A stretch of 64,000 nucleotides of DNA, from assembly GCF_036321535.1 (NCBI RefSeq), contig NC_087436.1:23810001-23874000 (forward strand), in the 5' to 3' direction. The notes below the pieces were generated by a model. The model was not told the DNA's origin. It did not search any database and was given only the letters and a program-made list of their open reading frames with translations. The translations under genes were made by a program, and so were the position numbers. The DNA comes from Camelus dromedarius (Eukaryota). Of this stretch, positions 63,093 through 64,000 are shown one piece after another. Every line of letters starts with the position of its first letter. Position 1 is the first letter of the stretch.

Positions 63093-64000
63093 GTTGAGAA
63101 TAAACAGGGCTATTGTAGTCAAGACAACAGGCAAGGACATTTACTATCAAGAAAAAGATCCAAAACCATCAGATCAGAGGCTGAGAGTGGCAAATTTCCT
63201 TTCATGTTCACTGAGTAGAGGTGGGGTGGGAGGAGTGGGGTCTGGGCACCACCATTGGGCTCTAGAGCAATCACTCCCCCGTCGCCTGTCCTCATGGCTT
63301 TGCTGGGTGGATGTGAACCCGTTAGCTCCAAAACAGACCTTCTGCCGGCTGGATGCATGCAGCCAAATAGTAGCTCAACAGACTGCTTACTGTTTATCTT
63401 TCTTAATCTCCTTTAAACCTCTTCGTGCCTCAGCCAGCAGTAAACCCCATCGCAGAGGTTAAGCCAGCTCCTCACTCCTCTTTCCTTTTGGTGTTTAATG
63501 TCACTAATATTTGTGTTTCCTGTTTGCTTTCGGCTCTGTTTGTTGTTTAAAATTACAAAACTTCATTACGCCTATGCTAATTAATTATCTGCTTTTATGT
63601 TGTGTTTTCATGTTTTCATGTGTTTTCTTACTTGAATTTTCCTTCGTTTTTCCACCACTAGGATTTAAAATTTGAAACCATGTGGACTCTCCTGCACAGT
63701 TTTGCCTCCCTTTGCATATATGTATTTATTGTTGTCTTAAAAATCTTTTAACATAACAAAACAGCATAGAGATTTATCCAGTATTATATGGTTTATTAGT
63801 TGTGGTCTCCTGAAAGGTACAAGTAATGTTCTTCAATAATAGCAAGGATTATCATTGGCCACCAGAACGCTCCAGTACTCGTCCCAGAATCACAAAGTTT
63901 GGAAGTGAAAGATAGCCACTTTTCTTAATGGTACGAATTTCTCTCAGCTTACGTGTGGCCTTAGCTCAGACTCCGTCCCTTCACAGAAGTTGCACAAGTG

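Overview
Mammalian genomic DNA, very probably a camelid: it carries five tRNA-derived Vic-1-type SINEs and I saw no Alu, B1 or Bov-A/BovB. The window lies inside the MAML3 gene (Notch co-activator, + strand). It holds one coding exon, the large phase-0/phase-0 exon 2 at 33064-34602 (1539 nt, 513 codons), flanked by ~33 kb of intron 1 and ~29 kb of intron 2. The rest is intronic sequence rich in repeats: 5'-truncated L1s with target-site duplications (TSDs), a probable HAL1, L2, L3/CR1, MIR, MLT1 solo LTRs, a young-looking 410-bp ERV1-type solo LTR, hAT/Tigger MITEs and microsatellites. I judge nearly all other ORF-track entries to be spurious or L1-derived. I found no convincing new multi-gene system. 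The best leads are an ~93-nt sense-strand hairpin at 28759-28851, a stop-free circular reading frame if exon 2 back-splices (with inverted SINEs on both sides), a polyQ-to-polyP change in exon 2, the intact antisense solo LTR and a recent 81-bp tandem duplication. Repeat family names and comparisons to human MAML3 come from memory and were not checked by search; boundaries of ancient repeats are approximate.
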